Positions 1-10,278 of a stretch of DNA of 64,000 nucleotides are shown here, piece by piece (positions within the stretch are counted from its first letter, which is position 1; each line of letters opens with the position of its first letter). This DNA comes from an uncultured Rikenellaceae bacterium (GTDB lineage: Bacteria > Bacteroidota > Bacteroidia > Bacteroidales > VadinHA17), in NCBI GenBank assembly GCA_964507015.1, contig CAZDOM010000007.1:1812-65811 (forward strand). Direction: 5' to 3'. The position numbers were made by a program, and so were the translations under genes. The notes under the pieces were generated by a model. The model was not told the DNA's origin. It was given only the letters and a program-made list of their open reading frames with translations, and did not search any database.

Positions 1-597
1 CTCAACTGGATGGAGATTTTCAGGATATCACATTTGCCGATTGTCAATAATCAGGATTTCCTGGGTCTTATTTCGGATACTGATATTTATGACACAAATC
101 ATCCGGAAGAACCTATTGGTAATCATGAACTTACATTACTAAAGCCATACGTTACTGAAGATCAGCATCTGTTTGAGGTAATTGGTCTTGCGACACAGCT
201 AAGATTATCGGTTGTTCCGGTTCTGAATAATAAAAACCATTACCGGGGAGTAATTACTACTTCAGATCTTGTCCGCTATCTGGCTGGTATTTCCTCAATG
301 GACCAACCGGGAGGGATACTTGTTCTGGAGCTTATAGAACGTGATTATTCCCTCTCCCAGATTGCCCAGATTGTAGAAGGCAATAATATAAAGGTTTTAA
401 GTATGTATATAACCTCTCCTCCGGATTCGACACTGCTTGAGGTTACACTGAAGGTAAATACAACAGACTTACATGCACTGATAAGGACCTTTGAAAGGTA
501 TAATTATGAGGTTAAAACCTGGGTTACCACAAATGATTCTATCGACAGGTTTTATTCGGAACGGTTTGACCTTCTTATGAAGTATCTTAATATATAA
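1..597 (+). CDS. CBS-domain pair protein; 5' end lies upstream of the window
   Basis: Frame is open from nt 1 (codons L-N-W precede the listed Met at 10). Two CBS-like repeats (HLPIVNNQDFLGLISDTDI; VVPVLNNKNHYRGVITTSDL). Stop codon abuts the nadK ATG at 598. Confidence 0.75.
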   Translation, partial: LNWMEIFRISHLPIVNNQDFLGLISDTDIYDTNHPEEPIGNHELTLLKPYVTEDQHLFEVIGLATQLRLSVVPVLNNKNHYRGVITTSDLVRYLAGISSMDQPGGILVLELIERDYSLSQIAQIVEGNNIKVLSMYITSPPDSTLLEVTLKVNTTDLHALIRTFERYNYEVKTWVTTNDSIDRFYSERFDLLMKYLNI

Positions 598-1482
598 ATG
601 ACTATGCTTCGGAAAGTCGCTGTTTTCAGTAAAGATAATAACTCCAGGACCCGGGAAGGAGTTCAAAATCTGATTAATGAATGTAATAAAAGGAATATAG
701 CAATTCAGCTATATCAAAAACCTGGGAAAACACCTGCCGGTTATATAGGATCAGCAATTGAGCTTTTCAGCGAATTTGAAAGTTTACCTGACCTTCCTGA
801 AATGGTTCTAAGTGTTGGCGGTGATGGCACCTTCCTTGAGACTATGCTTAAGGTTAAAGACTTTGGAATTCCTGTTGCAGGGGTAAATACCGGGAGAATG
901 GGATTTCTGGCTAACATACCGGGAGAAGAGATCAGTAATTCACTCGACCTGCTGTATAAGAATGAGTTTGAAATAATTGAAAGAGCACTACTGAGGATAT
1001 CGGTACCTGATGGACTATTTAAGGGAGAATCGGCCACCGCTCTTAATGAGATTACTATACAGAAGGCCAATACAAGCATGATTACGATAAATGTCTATGT
1101 TGATGACGTCTATCTTAATACATACTGGGCTGACGGTCTTATTGTCTCTACAGCAACTGGTTCGACAGCATATAATCTTTCAGTGGGAGGACCGATTTTA
1201 TCTCCGGATGATGAGAGTATAATTATTTCACCTATCTCTCCGCATAACCTTACAATAAGGCCAATAGTTCTTTCAGGCAGCAACAAACTGAGGATGGTTA
1301 TGGAAGCACGATCGGAAGAGTACCTTGTGACATGTGATTTCAGGTATGAAAAACTACCCATAAACAGTGAGATCAGAATAGAAAAGGCCGGATCAAAGTT
1401 AAAGACAGTGATGCTTAAAGGTACTGATTTTTACAGTACGCTCAGGAACAGGCTAATGTGGGGTTTAGATAAACGAAACTGA
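598..1482 (+). CDS. nadK: NAD+ kinase
   Basis: 294 aa with GGDGTFL, NEITIQK and DGLIVSTATGSTAYNLSVGGPIL signatures of the NAD kinase family. Confidence 0.92.
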   Translation: MTMLRKVAVFSKDNNSRTREGVQNLINECNKRNIAIQLYQKPGKTPAGYIGSAIELFSEFESLPDLPEMVLSVGGDGTFLETMLKVKDFGIPVAGVNTGRMGFLANIPGEEISNSLDLLYKNEFEIIERALLRISVPDGLFKGESATALNEITIQKANTSMITINVYVDDVYLNTYWADGLIVSTATGSTAYNLSVGGPILSPDDESIIISPISPHNLTIRPIVLSGSNKLRMVMEARSEEYLVTCDFRYEKLPINSEIRIEKAGSKLKTVMLKGTDFYSTLRNRLMWGLDKRN

Positions 1483-1513
1483 TAAATTATAAATTATTAT
1501 ACGCAACCTAATT

Positions 1514-1539
1514 CCGGATCTGTATCCGGCGTTTTTTTT
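1514..1539 (+). terminator. Intrinsic terminator after nadK
   Basis: CCGGAT-ctgt-ATCCGG hairpin followed by an 8-T run, about 30 nt after the nadK stop. Confidence 0.7.
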
Positions 1540-1574
1540 GAGAGTATTATTATTTACCCTAACAATTAGATTCT

Positions 1575-1582
1575 TATATTTG
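1575..1582 (+). promoter_or_regulatory. Bacteroidota -7 promoter box (TAnnTTTG)
   Basis: TATATTTG, 27 nt upstream of the ATG at 1609. Confidence 0.5.
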
Positions 1583-1608
1583 TATCAGCATACTAAGCTT
1601 TGTTTATT

Positions 1609-2355
1609 ATGAAAAGGTGCATTTTAATTATATTCATTTTTTGTATAGCAGTTCCTGTTTCACAGGCACAATTGTGGAAGATGAGGAGATATGAGCTTGT
1701 GGGGGGTGTGGGTCCTACATTTTTCTTTGGAGACATTGGGGGATTTTCTCATTCTGAGAATATACTTGGAATACGTGATCTGTCATTTTTACAGACCAGG
1801 TTCAATGTTAACGGGAATTTTAAATACAGGATCACCAGGGATATAAATATCAGGTTAAGTATTACCTATGCACTATTGAGTGCAAATGATAAGCGGGGAT
1901 CCAACACGGAAAGAGCATATGCAGCCACAACATCGATCTTTGAACCGGCCCTTCTGGGTGAATATTATTTTATCAAAAACCAGGCAGAGAACAGCTATCT
2001 TTTTGTCAAAGGGAAAGGCCCCATGATTTCAGAGCTCTTTAAATCGCTTGATTTTTATGTTTTTGCCGGTATCGGAGGAATCTCATATACCGTTAAGGGG
2101 AATGATAAACTTATTGATCTTGGTTTGGAAACAGGGGGATTCTCACCTGTTATCCCGGCAGGGCTGGGAGCAACACTTATCTTTTCTCCAAACCTCAATT
2201 TTGGTGTAGAGGTAGCGGGAAGATATACATTTACCGATTATTTGGATGGCTATACTTCACAATATTCCAAGGCAAATGACGTTTATTATTTTTTGAATTT
2301 TGCTATTACTTATAAACTGAAAACAGGGCCAACAGGATTGCCCTCATTCAGATGA
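1609..2355 (+). CDS. Outer-membrane beta-barrel protein (DUF6089-like), first tandem paralogue
   Basis: Signal peptide ending VSQAQ, alternating aromatic/hydrophobic strands, C-terminal FAITYKL. Alignable to the next ORF (GGVGPTFFFGDIGG vs FAGISAYLGDINP). ATG at 1609 preferred over the TTG at 1600 in the ORF track. Confidence 0.6.
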   Translation: MKRCILIIFIFCIAVPVSQAQLWKMRRYELVGGVGPTFFFGDIGGFSHSENILGIRDLSFLQTRFNVNGNFKYRITRDINIRLSITYALLSANDKRGSNTERAYAATTSIFEPALLGEYYFIKNQAENSYLFVKGKGPMISELFKSLDFYVFAGIGGISYTVKGNDKLIDLGLETGGFSPVIPAGLGATLIFSPNLNFGVEVAGRYTFTDYLDGYTSQYSKANDVYYFLNFAITYKLKTGPTGLPSFR

Positions 2356-2376
2356 TTTTGAGCAGGATCAGTTTTG

Positions 2377-3054
2377 ATGAAACGGTTACCTTGGATTTTT
2401 TTATCTCTATTTTTTTCAGTTACTGCTGCAGGACAGCGTAATGCTGATTATGGTGTTTTTGCAGGTATCTCTGCTTACCTGGGAGACATAAATCCTAACA
2501 GGCTTATGTATTCACCGCTACCGGCAGGCGGAGTCTTTTACAGGTATAATTTTCACCCCAGGCATGCACTCAGAGGTAGCCTTTTTGCCGGAGGATTGAG
2601 AGGTGATGACCTTGATTTTAATAATGATTTCCAGTTAAACCGGGCCAGATCATTTTCAGGATTCATTGGTGAAGCTGCACTTCAGTTCGAATTTAACTTC
2701 CTTCCCTATACTACTGAAGGTAAATTCTGGGATTTCTCTCCATACCTTGCTGTCGGGGCAGGTGTGGCAATTTATAATTCAACAGCTTTTGCAATCCAGC
2801 CTGTAATACCATTCTCTGCGGGTTTTAAGGTCAATGTATATAAAAATATGGGTCTTGAGGTGGAATATGGTTTTCGTAAAACTTTTTATGATAACTTTGA
2901 CGACCTGCAAGATATGGTTGATCCATCTGATTTTGCATGGTTACATAATAATGACTGGTATTCATTTGCAGGTTTTGGCCTTACATGGAAAATTTATAAT
3001 ACACTTGCCGGATGCCATACCTATGATGATGTTATCACGAAGAAACGAAGATAA
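2377..3054 (+). CDS. Outer-membrane beta-barrel protein (DUF6089-like), second tandem paralogue
   Basis: Signal peptide ending VTAAGQ, then ADYGVFAGISAYLGDINPNR, and barrel-like C-terminus GFGLTWKI. Sits upstream of uppS, as is typical in Bacteroidota. Confidence 0.6.
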   Translation: MKRLPWIFLSLFFSVTAAGQRNADYGVFAGISAYLGDINPNRLMYSPLPAGGVFYRYNFHPRHALRGSLFAGGLRGDDLDFNNDFQLNRARSFSGFIGEAALQFEFNFLPYTTEGKFWDFSPYLAVGAGVAIYNSTAFAIQPVIPFSAGFKVNVYKNMGLEVEYGFRKTFYDNFDDLQDMVDPSDFAWLHNNDWYSFAGFGLTWKIYNTLAGCHTYDDVITKKRR

Positions 3055-3057
3055 TTT

Positions 3058-3804
3058 ATGACAATTCAACAAAAGATAGATAAGAAAAGGGTACCAGTTC
3101 ATATCGCAGTAATCATGGATGGAAACGGAAGATGGGCTGCGCAGCATGGGATGGAAAGAGTTCTTGGACATCAGAAGGGTGTGGAAGCTGTCAGAAATGT
3201 TATTGAGGCGGCAGCAGAACTGGAAATAAAATATCTGACGCTCTATGCTTTTTCAACCGAGAACTGGGAAAGACCCGATAATGAAGTATCAGCTCTTATG
3301 AGGATAATGGTACAATCTCTTAATAATGAGACTAATACCATGTTAAAAAACAATATCAGGATAACTGCTATTGGCGATGTAAATCGTCTGGCAGATGATG
3401 TAAGGACGAGGTTATTCGAGACAATAGACCTTACAGCAGCATCGACAGGATTGAATCTGATAATTGCTCTTAGTTACAGCTCGAGATGGGAAATAACTGA
3501 AGCAGTAAAAAAAATAGTCCTGGGAGTAAGAGACAACAAGCTAAAATTTGAAGAGGTGAATGAAAAACTTTTTGAAAAACACCTTAATACTCAAGGGATA
3601 CCGGATCCTGATCTGTTAATAAGAACAAGCGGCGAATTGAGGATAAGCAATTTTCTTCTCTGGCAGCTTGCATATACTGAATTATATTTTACCAGTAAAC
3701 TTTGGCCTGATTTTGGTAAGGTAGATTTTTATGATGCTATAATCGATTTTCAGAAGAGAGAAAGAAGATTCGGTAAGACAAGTGAACAGATTTTAGAAAA
3801 ATGA
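3058..3804 (+). CDS. uppS: Undecaprenyl-diphosphate synthase (cis-isoprenyl transferase)
   Basis: HIAVIMDGNGRWA, LTLYAFSTENWERP and RTSGELRISNFLLWQLAYTELYF signatures. Confidence 0.93.
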   Translation: MTIQQKIDKKRVPVHIAVIMDGNGRWAAQHGMERVLGHQKGVEAVRNVIEAAAELEIKYLTLYAFSTENWERPDNEVSALMRIMVQSLNNETNTMLKNNIRITAIGDVNRLADDVRTRLFETIDLTAASTGLNLIIALSYSSRWEITEAVKKIVLGVRDNKLKFEEVNEKLFEKHLNTQGIPDPDLLIRTSGELRISNFLLWQLAYTELYFTSKLWPDFGKVDFYDAIIDFQKRERRFGKTSEQILEK

Positions 3805-6344
3805 TGAGAATAATGTTAATTAGAAGGATTAAAAAATTAATTATAGCACCATTCCTGATTCTTCTGTGTCTGCCGGCACTATCTCAGGAAGCACAGGAAA
3901 TATTTGATTATCTGACAGAAGAGGATTATGTGATTGGTGGTGTCTCTGTCTCCGGAGTAAGATATCTTGATATTAATGCACTGGTTGGAATTTCAGGCCT
4001 CAGAACAGGTCAGAGGATAACTGTGCCGGGAGAAGTTGTGTCGAATGCCGCTAAAAAACTATGGAATCAGGGACTATTCTCAGATGTCAGGATATCAATC
4101 GACAGAGTTAGGTCGGATACAGTATTCTTTGATATCTACCTTCAGGAGCGGCCCAGAATATCTTCTATAAAAATAAATGGTATAAGAGCATCCGAAAATC
4201 AGGATATACTTGATAAAATAAATCTTCCAGTGGGATCCCAGCTTACGTCGTATATTATGAATACGACAACCAAGATCATCAAGGATCATTACATAGAAAA
4301 GGGATTTCTTAACACAACAGTTGATTTTGTGGAGAAAGATGACCCGGACCAGCCAAATAATGTTATTCTGAATATTAATGTTGATAAGAAGAATAAGGTA
4401 AAAATTGAAGAATTCACTTTTGATGGGAACGAAAGTTATGAAGACAAGAAACTTAGGCGCCAGATGAAGGGAACCAAGAAAAAGAATTTTAACTTTTTTA
4501 AGCCCTCAAAATATATAGGTGATAAATTTGAAGAAGACAAAATTGCTCTTACAACATTCTATAATGATAACGGATTCAAGGATTTCACAATTCTTTCGGA
4601 TTCACTTTACTGGATTTCTGAGGACCGTGTGGGTCTCTTAATAAAGGTTGATGAGGGGGATCAATATTTCCTGAGGAGTGTGAACTGGGTAGGTAACAGT
4701 GTTTACAGGAAAGAGGATCTCGACAAGGTTTTCAATGTGGAAAGGGGATCAGTATATAACCAGTCTCTTATTCTTGACAGGCTTACCGGTGCCGGAGGTG
4801 CCCGGGATGCTGTTAATAATCTTTACCTGGATTTTGGATATCTTTTTTCTCAGATCATACCCGTGGAAGCCAATGTGGAAGGGGATTCTGTTGACCTGGA
4901 AATAAGGATTTACGAGGGGGATCAGGCCTATATTAATGATGTAATTATTACCGGGAATACCCGTACCAATGAACATGTGGCAAGACGTGAACTTTATACA
5001 CTTCCGGGTGACCTTTTCAGTAAGGAAAAGATAATAAGATCGATACGTCAGCTGGGTGTTCTTGGTCATTTCGACCCGGAAAAGATTAATCCTACGCCTC
5101 TTTCCGATCCTGTAAACGGAACAGTGGACCTGTTATACAAGCTTGAGGAAAAAGCAAACGACCAGTTTGAAGTATCAGGCGGCTGGGGCGCCGGGATGCT
5201 TGTGGGTACTGTGGGAGTAAGGTTCAATAATTTTGCCATGAAGAACTTCTTCGATTGGAAGGAATGGAGACCCTATCCGTCTGGAGACGGACAATCGCTG
5301 AGTATCAGGGCACAATCGAACGGACGTGTGTACCAGTCATACAATATCTCGTTTGTTGAACCATGGCTTGGTGGCAAAAAGCCAAATACCTTCTCAGTAT
5401 CTCTTTTCAGATCGAAACTGACAAACAGTAAGAAAAAAACTGATGACGGATACCAGTCCATGATTATCGACGGAGCTTCAATAGGCCTTGGTAAGAGACT
5501 TGACTGGCCTGATGACTTTTTCTCAATATACGGAGAACTTAGTTATCAGAGATATGATCTCAATAACTATAGCGTAATGACATTTCTCTTTCAGAACGGT
5601 GTCTCTAACCTCTTGAGTCTTACCGGCAGGATTCAACGATTTTCGACAAGTCCGAACCTTATCTATCCAAGGAGTGGTTCTTCCTTCTCATTATCACTTC
5701 AGGCAACTCCTCCTTATTCACTAATCAGCGGGAAAGATATGTCGGATGTGCCAGACCAGGTAAAATACAAATGGATCGAATTCCATAAATGGATATTCAA
5801 GGCAGATTATTATTTCCCACTGGACAGAACAGATAAGCTTATACTGAATACACGTTTTTCATTTGGTTATCTGGGTCATTATAACAATGAAATAGGACCA
5901 TCACCATTTGAGAACTTCTCAGTTGGAGGCGACGGGATGACGGGTTACAGCTTCTATGGCAGGGAGATCATTTCTCTCAGGGGGTATTCTTCCGGTAATG
6001 GAGGAATAGGTTCTCTTACGCCTATAGACGAAGAAACAGGAGCACCCATAGGTAATGTTTATTCAAAAATAACTATGGAACTCCGGTACCCGGTAACCCT
6101 CAATCCACAGGCAACAATATACGGTCTGGTTTTCCTTGAAGCAGGAAGAGCATGGACATACCTGAAAGAGTATAATCCCTTCAGATTGAACCGTGCTGCC
6201 GGATTCGGAGTGAGAGCCAACCTTCCAATGTTCGGCCTGCTGGGGATCGACTGGGGATATGGATTCGATGAAGTACCTAATCCTTCAAAGTTCCCTGATG
6301 CCAATAAATCACAATTTCATTTTGTAATAGGACAACAGTTTTAA
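3801..6344 (+). CDS. bamA: Outer membrane protein assembly factor BamA
   Basis: 847 aa with signal peptide, POTRA-repeat region and C-terminal barrel ending FHFVIGQQF. ATGA overlap with uppS; followed by two ompH genes. Confidence 0.9.
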   Translation: MMRIMLIRRIKKLIIAPFLILLCLPALSQEAQEIFDYLTEEDYVIGGVSVSGVRYLDINALVGISGLRTGQRITVPGEVVSNAAKKLWNQGLFSDVRISIDRVRSDTVFFDIYLQERPRISSIKINGIRASENQDILDKINLPVGSQLTSYIMNTTTKIIKDHYIEKGFLNTTVDFVEKDDPDQPNNVILNINVDKKNKVKIEEFTFDGNESYEDKKLRRQMKGTKKKNFNFFKPSKYIGDKFEEDKIALTTFYNDNGFKDFTILSDSLYWISEDRVGLLIKVDEGDQYFLRSVNWVGNSVYRKEDLDKVFNVERGSVYNQSLILDRLTGAGGARDAVNNLYLDFGYLFSQIIPVEANVEGDSVDLEIRIYEGDQAYINDVIITGNTRTNEHVARRELYTLPGDLFSKEKIIRSIRQLGVLGHFDPEKINPTPLSDPVNGTVDLLYKLEEKANDQFEVSGGWGAGMLVGTVGVRFNNFAMKNFFDWKEWRPYPSGDGQSLSIRAQSNGRVYQSYNISFVEPWLGGKKPNTFSVSLFRSKLTNSKKKTDDGYQSMIIDGASIGLGKRLDWPDDFFSIYGELSYQRYDLNNYSVMTFLFQNGVSNLLSLTGRIQRFSTSPNLIYPRSGSSFSLSLQATPPYSLISGKDMSDVPDQVKYKWIEFHKWIFKADYYFPLDRTDKLILNTRFSFGYLGHYNNEIGPSPFENFSVGGDGMTGYSFYGREIISLRGYSSGNGGIGSLTPIDEETGAPIGNVYSKITMELRYPVTLNPQATIYGLVFLEAGRAWTYLKEYNPFRLNRAAGFGVRANLPMFGLLGIDWGYGFDEVPNPSKFPDANKSQFHFVIGQQF

Positions 6345-6363
6345 AACACTAAAATCATAAATC

Positions 6364-6879
6364 ATGAAAAGGACAATTTTATTAACAGCTGTAATAATTC
6401 TGACAACAGCTATGGCTTCAGGTCAGAAATATGCTTTTGTTGATTCTGAATATATCAGGAAAAATATTCCTGCATTCACAACAGCACAGGAACAACTGGA
6501 TAATCTGTCAGACAAGTGGGAAAAAGAGGTGGCTGACGGATATGCCGTGGTTGAACAGATGTACAAGGAATACCAGAATGAATCGGTATTGCTTTCGCAG
6601 GAAATGAAAACCAAAAGAGAAGAAGCAATAATAGCCAGGGAACAGGAAATGAAAGAGCTTCAGAATAAATATTTCGGTATGGAAGGCGAGCTTTTTAAAA
6701 AGAGGGAAGAGCTGGTTAAACCCATTCAGGATGAGATTCTTAGAGCTATAAAAGATATTGCTGTTGAAGGTAATTATGCAGTTATCTTCGATACCGCAGC
6801 CGGGGGAAATATCCTTTTCGCTAATCCTAAATTTGATATCAGCGATCAGGTCCTCGAAAGATTAGGTTATAACAATTAA
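6364..6879 (+). CDS. OmpH/Skp-family periplasmic chaperone
   Basis: 171 aa, signal peptide, coiled-coil rich in E/K/Q, conserved position after bamA. Confidence 0.85.
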   Translation: MKRTILLTAVIILTTAMASGQKYAFVDSEYIRKNIPAFTTAQEQLDNLSDKWEKEVADGYAVVEQMYKEYQNESVLLSQEMKTKREEAIIAREQEMKELQNKYFGMEGELFKKREELVKPIQDEILRAIKDIAVEGNYAVIFDTAAGGNILFANPKFDISDQVLERLGYNN

Positions 6880-6921
6880 ATAACTACTTTTGTAAATTAT
6901 TAAATTTAATAAATTATCGTG

Positions 6922-7428
6922 ATGAAAAGAATCGTTGGAATTGCAGCTCTTGTTATTTTTGTTGCAACTGCCGCACAGTCCCAGAATCTTAAGTTTGGTC
7001 ATATTAATAGTGATGTACTAATTCAGGCATTACCTGAATTTGATTCAGCAAGCGTCAACCTTGAAAATTTCCGTCAGGAACTTATTAATGCCCTGGAACT
7101 GATGACCGTCGAGCTCAATAATAAAAGTGATGCCTATAATAAAGAGAGTAAAAATCTTACTGATGTAGTAAGACAAACTAAAGAACAGGAGCTTATTGAC
7201 CTGAACAGGAGAATACAGGATTTTCAGACAAATGCCCAGGATCAGCTTCAGAATAAACAGATAGAACTCTTCCAGCCTATTTATAACAAAGTCGATAAGG
7301 TTATTAAGGAGGTTGGCAAGGAGAATGGATTCGTATATATATTTAATGTAGGATCAACTCTTTATGTTGATGAAACCAAGAGTGTAAATGTTCTGCCGCT
7401 GGCAAAAGCAAAACTGGGTCTTAAATAA
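6922..7428 (+). CDS. OmpH/Skp-family periplasmic chaperone
   Basis: Signal peptide ending AAQSQ then KFGHINSDVLIQALPE, typical of OmpH. ATG at 6922 preferred over the GTG at 6919. Confidence 0.85.
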   Translation: MKRIVGIAALVIFVATAAQSQNLKFGHINSDVLIQALPEFDSASVNLENFRQELINALELMTVELNNKSDAYNKESKNLTDVVRQTKEQELIDLNRRIQDFQTNAQDQLQNKQIELFQPIYNKVDKVIKEVGKENGFVYIFNVGSTLYVDETKSVNVLPLAKAKLGLK

Positions 7429-7449
7429 ACCGGAAAAATTTTAATAATG

Positions 7450-7479
7450 ACCATCCTTTTTCAGGATGGTTATTTTTTT
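7450..7479 (+). terminator. Intrinsic terminator after the ompH pair
   Basis: ACCATCCT-ttttc-AGGATGGT hairpin followed by TATTTTTTT. It lies inside the N-terminal extension the ORF track gives to murI. Confidence 0.75.
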
Positions 7480-7491
7480 ATAACCCATAAA

Positions 7492-8292
7492 GTGAAAGAA
7501 CAGCCCATAGGTATTTTTGATTCCGGAGTAGGAGGTCTTACTGTTGCTCATGCCATTAAACAGATATTACCGGGTGAGAACCTCGTATATTTCGGCGATA
7601 CAGCACACCTCCCTTATGGTGATAAATCAGCTGAAGCAATAAGATATTACTCAGGCAGGATTACTGAATTCCTTTTACAACACAACTCAAAAATTGTACT
7701 TGTTGCCTGTAACTCTGCATCAGCATCAGCATTTGATACTCTGAAGAAAGAATTCAAAGGCCGGACACTTCTTATTGATGTTATTGACCCGGTTGTTGGT
7801 TACCTCGGAACACGGGATTTCAAAAAAATTGGTGTTATAGGAACCAAGAGGACAATCAGTTCAGGTACATATGAATTGAAGATCAGGGAGAAGAAACCTG
7901 ATACAGCTCTGGTGTCACTTGCAACACCTTTACTTGTACCAATGATAGAAGAAGGATTTATTTTTGATGACATCAGTAATGCAATTATACGTACTTACCT
8001 GTCTGATAAATCAATGGAAGGCATTGAAGCTTTAATTCTTGGTTGTACACACTATCCTATAATAAAGAATCAAATAAACAAGTTCTTTAATTTTAACGTT
8101 GAGATTATCGATTCCGGGAAAATTGTTGCAGCATTGCTCAGGGATATTCTCGAAAAGAATGATATGCTTAATACCAGGGGAAAAGTAAGGGACCAGTTTT
8201 ATATCTCTGATTATACTACCTATTTTGAAAAGATTGCAAGGATGTTCTTCGAAAAGAATATAAATCTTGAGAAAGCAGATATCTGGAATTGA
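7492..8292 (+). CDS. murI: Glutamate racemase
   Basis: IGIFDSGVGGLTV, VLVACNSASA and LGCTHYP motifs. GTG at 7492 gives the usual short N-terminus (VKEQPIGIFDSG) and clears the terminator at 7450-7479. Confidence 0.88.
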   Translation: MKEQPIGIFDSGVGGLTVAHAIKQILPGENLVYFGDTAHLPYGDKSAEAIRYYSGRITEFLLQHNSKIVLVACNSASASAFDTLKKEFKGRTLLIDVIDPVVGYLGTRDFKKIGVIGTKRTISSGTYELKIREKKPDTALVSLATPLLVPMIEEGFIFDDISNAIIRTYLSDKSMEGIEALILGCTHYPIIKNQINKFFNFNVEIIDSGKIVAALLRDILEKNDMLNTRGKVRDQFYISDYTTYFEKIARMFFEKNINLEKADIWN

Positions 8293-8364
8293 TCTGGAAT
8301 CAAAACATGACCAAAATCATAACTGAATAGTTAATTTTTATATGATTTTGCAATTCAATTAACC

Positions 8365-8372
8365 TATTTTTG
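8365..8372 (+). promoter_or_regulatory. Bacteroidota -7 promoter box (TAnnTTTG) upstream of korA
   Basis: TATTTTTG, 61 nt upstream of the korA ATG. Confidence 0.45.
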
Positions 8373-8432
8373 TAATTCCTAACCAACTGATCATGTGTAA
8401 TCAGGCCTTATAATTAATACAGGAGATCTGTT

Positions 8433-10277
8433 ATGGCCCAAAATACTGGTTCAATTAAAAGAGAAGAGGTTGTCGTTCGTTTTTCCGGTGATTCAGGCGA
8501 TGGCATGCAGCTGACGGGAACACTCTTTTCTGATACTGCTGCTTTATACGGTAATGACCTTTCAACTTTTCCTGATTACCCGGCCGAGATACGTGCTCCT
8601 CAGGGAACAGTAGGGGGAGTATCAGGTTTCCAGGTACATCTCGGACACTCAGAGGTTGAAACACCCGGCGATTATGCTGATGTTCTTGTTGCAATGAATC
8701 CGGCTGCTGTTAAAGCAAATGCCATGTGGCTTAAACAGGGAGGTACAATTATTTATGACAAGGACAATTTCTCAGAAAAAAATATTGAAAAGGCGGGATA
8801 TAAAAGTGATCCCATTGCTGAGGAAAATCTTGAGAGTTACAATGTTATTGCAGCCCCGATTACATCGATGGTGAAGGAAGCACTGAAAGATTTTGGCCTT
8901 GAATCAAAATTGGTACTCCGAACAAAAAATATGTTTGCTCTTGGTATGGTTTACTGGCTTTTCGACAGGAAACTAAAATATACTGAACAGTATTTTGAAA
9001 AGAAATTTCAAAAAAGACCGGAAATAGCTGAAGCAAATAAAGTTACTCTCAGGGCAGGATATTATTATGCAGAAACAATAGAAGCCTTAAATCCTGTTAT
9101 TAAAATAGAACCAGCACAGATAGCAAAAGGAACATACAGGAATATAAGCGGTAATACAGCTACTGCATGGGGTTTTATTGCTGCAGCGGAGAAAGCAGGA
9201 TTAAACCTGTTTATCGGATCCTATCCAATCACTCCGGCTACCGGGATACTTGAAGAACTTGCTGCTCGTAAAGATCTGGGAGTTAAATCATTTCAGGCTG
9301 AGGATGAAATTGCAGGTATCTGTGCTGCACTGGGCGCAAGCTTCGCTGGTAACCTGGCAGTAACATCGACATCAGGTCCTGGTCTTGCACTTAAATCTGA
9401 AGCTATTGGACTGGCTGTTATGGCAGAATTACCGGTAGTTGTGATTAATGTACAAAGAGGAGGTCCCTCAACAGGTCTCCCTACAAAAACCGAACAGGCT
9501 GATCTTATGCAGGCAATCTACGGCAGAAACGGAGAATGCCCGGTTGTGGTTCTTGCAGCGAGCACACCTGCAAATTGTTTCCAATTTGCATATGAAGCTG
9601 CAAGAATTGCCGTTGAACATATGACTCCTGTTCTGCTCCTCACTGATGGTTTCCTGGCAAATGGAACAGAACCATGGAAAATTCCATTGATGAAAGAGCT
9701 TCCGGCTATTAAACCTCCTTTTGCCAGCAAAACGGAAACGCCATTCATCCCTTATAAAAGAAATATCGAAACCCTTGCACGATCATGGGCAATACCTGGT
9801 ACCCCGGGACTGGAACACAGGATTGGAGGACTTGAGAAGACAATTAAGGGAACAGTATCCTATGTGCCCGAGAACCATGAAATGATGGTGAAATTAAGAG
9901 CCGAGAAGGTGGCAAGAGTAGCAGAAGGTATCCCTGATCTTAAAGTATATGGAGAGGAATCAGGCGATCTTCTTGTTGCAGGCTGGGGAGGATCTCGAGG
10001 ATACCTTATGACAGCTGTACGTGAATTGCAGGCTGAAGGCAAAAAGATAAGCATGGTAAATTTTAACTATATCAATCCATTACCGAAAAATGTAAAGGAT
10101 GTCTTCAGGAAATTTAAAAGAATAGTCGTTGCAGAACTCAATATGGGTCAGTTTGCTGATTACCTGAGGATTAAATACCAGGAGTTCAATTATGAGCAGA
10201 TCAATAAGATACAGGGTATTCCATTCACTGTAAAGGAGATCAGGGAATCATGTCTTAAATTACTGGAGGAAAACTAA
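8433..10277 (+). CDS. korA: 2-oxoglutarate/2-oxoacid:ferredoxin oxidoreductase, alpha subunit (gamma-alpha fused)
   Basis: 614 aa. N-terminal gamma-like segment (VVVRFSGDSGDGMQLTG) then alpha domain (ISGNTATAWGFIAAAEKAG, GSYPITPAT). Immediately followed by the TPP-binding beta subunit. Confidence 0.85.
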   Translation: MAQNTGSIKREEVVVRFSGDSGDGMQLTGTLFSDTAALYGNDLSTFPDYPAEIRAPQGTVGGVSGFQVHLGHSEVETPGDYADVLVAMNPAAVKANAMWLKQGGTIIYDKDNFSEKNIEKAGYKSDPIAEENLESYNVIAAPITSMVKEALKDFGLESKLVLRTKNMFALGMVYWLFDRKLKYTEQYFEKKFQKRPEIAEANKVTLRAGYYYAETIEALNPVIKIEPAQIAKGTYRNISGNTATAWGFIAAAEKAGLNLFIGSYPITPATGILEELAARKDLGVKSFQAEDEIAGICAALGASFAGNLAVTSTSGPGLALKSEAIGLAVMAELPVVVINVQRGGPSTGLPTKTEQADLMQAIYGRNGECPVVVLAASTPANCFQFAYEAARIAVEHMTPVLLLTDGFLANGTEPWKIPLMKELPAIKPPFASKTETPFIPYKRNIETLARSWAIPGTPGLEHRIGGLEKTIKGTVSYVPENHEMMVKLRAEKVARVAEGIPDLKVYGEESGDLLVAGWGGSRGYLMTAVRELQAEGKKISMVNFNYINPLPKNVKDVFRKFKRIVVAELNMGQFADYLRIKYQEFNYEQINKIQGIPFTVKEIRESCLKLLEEN

Positions 10278-10278
10278 A

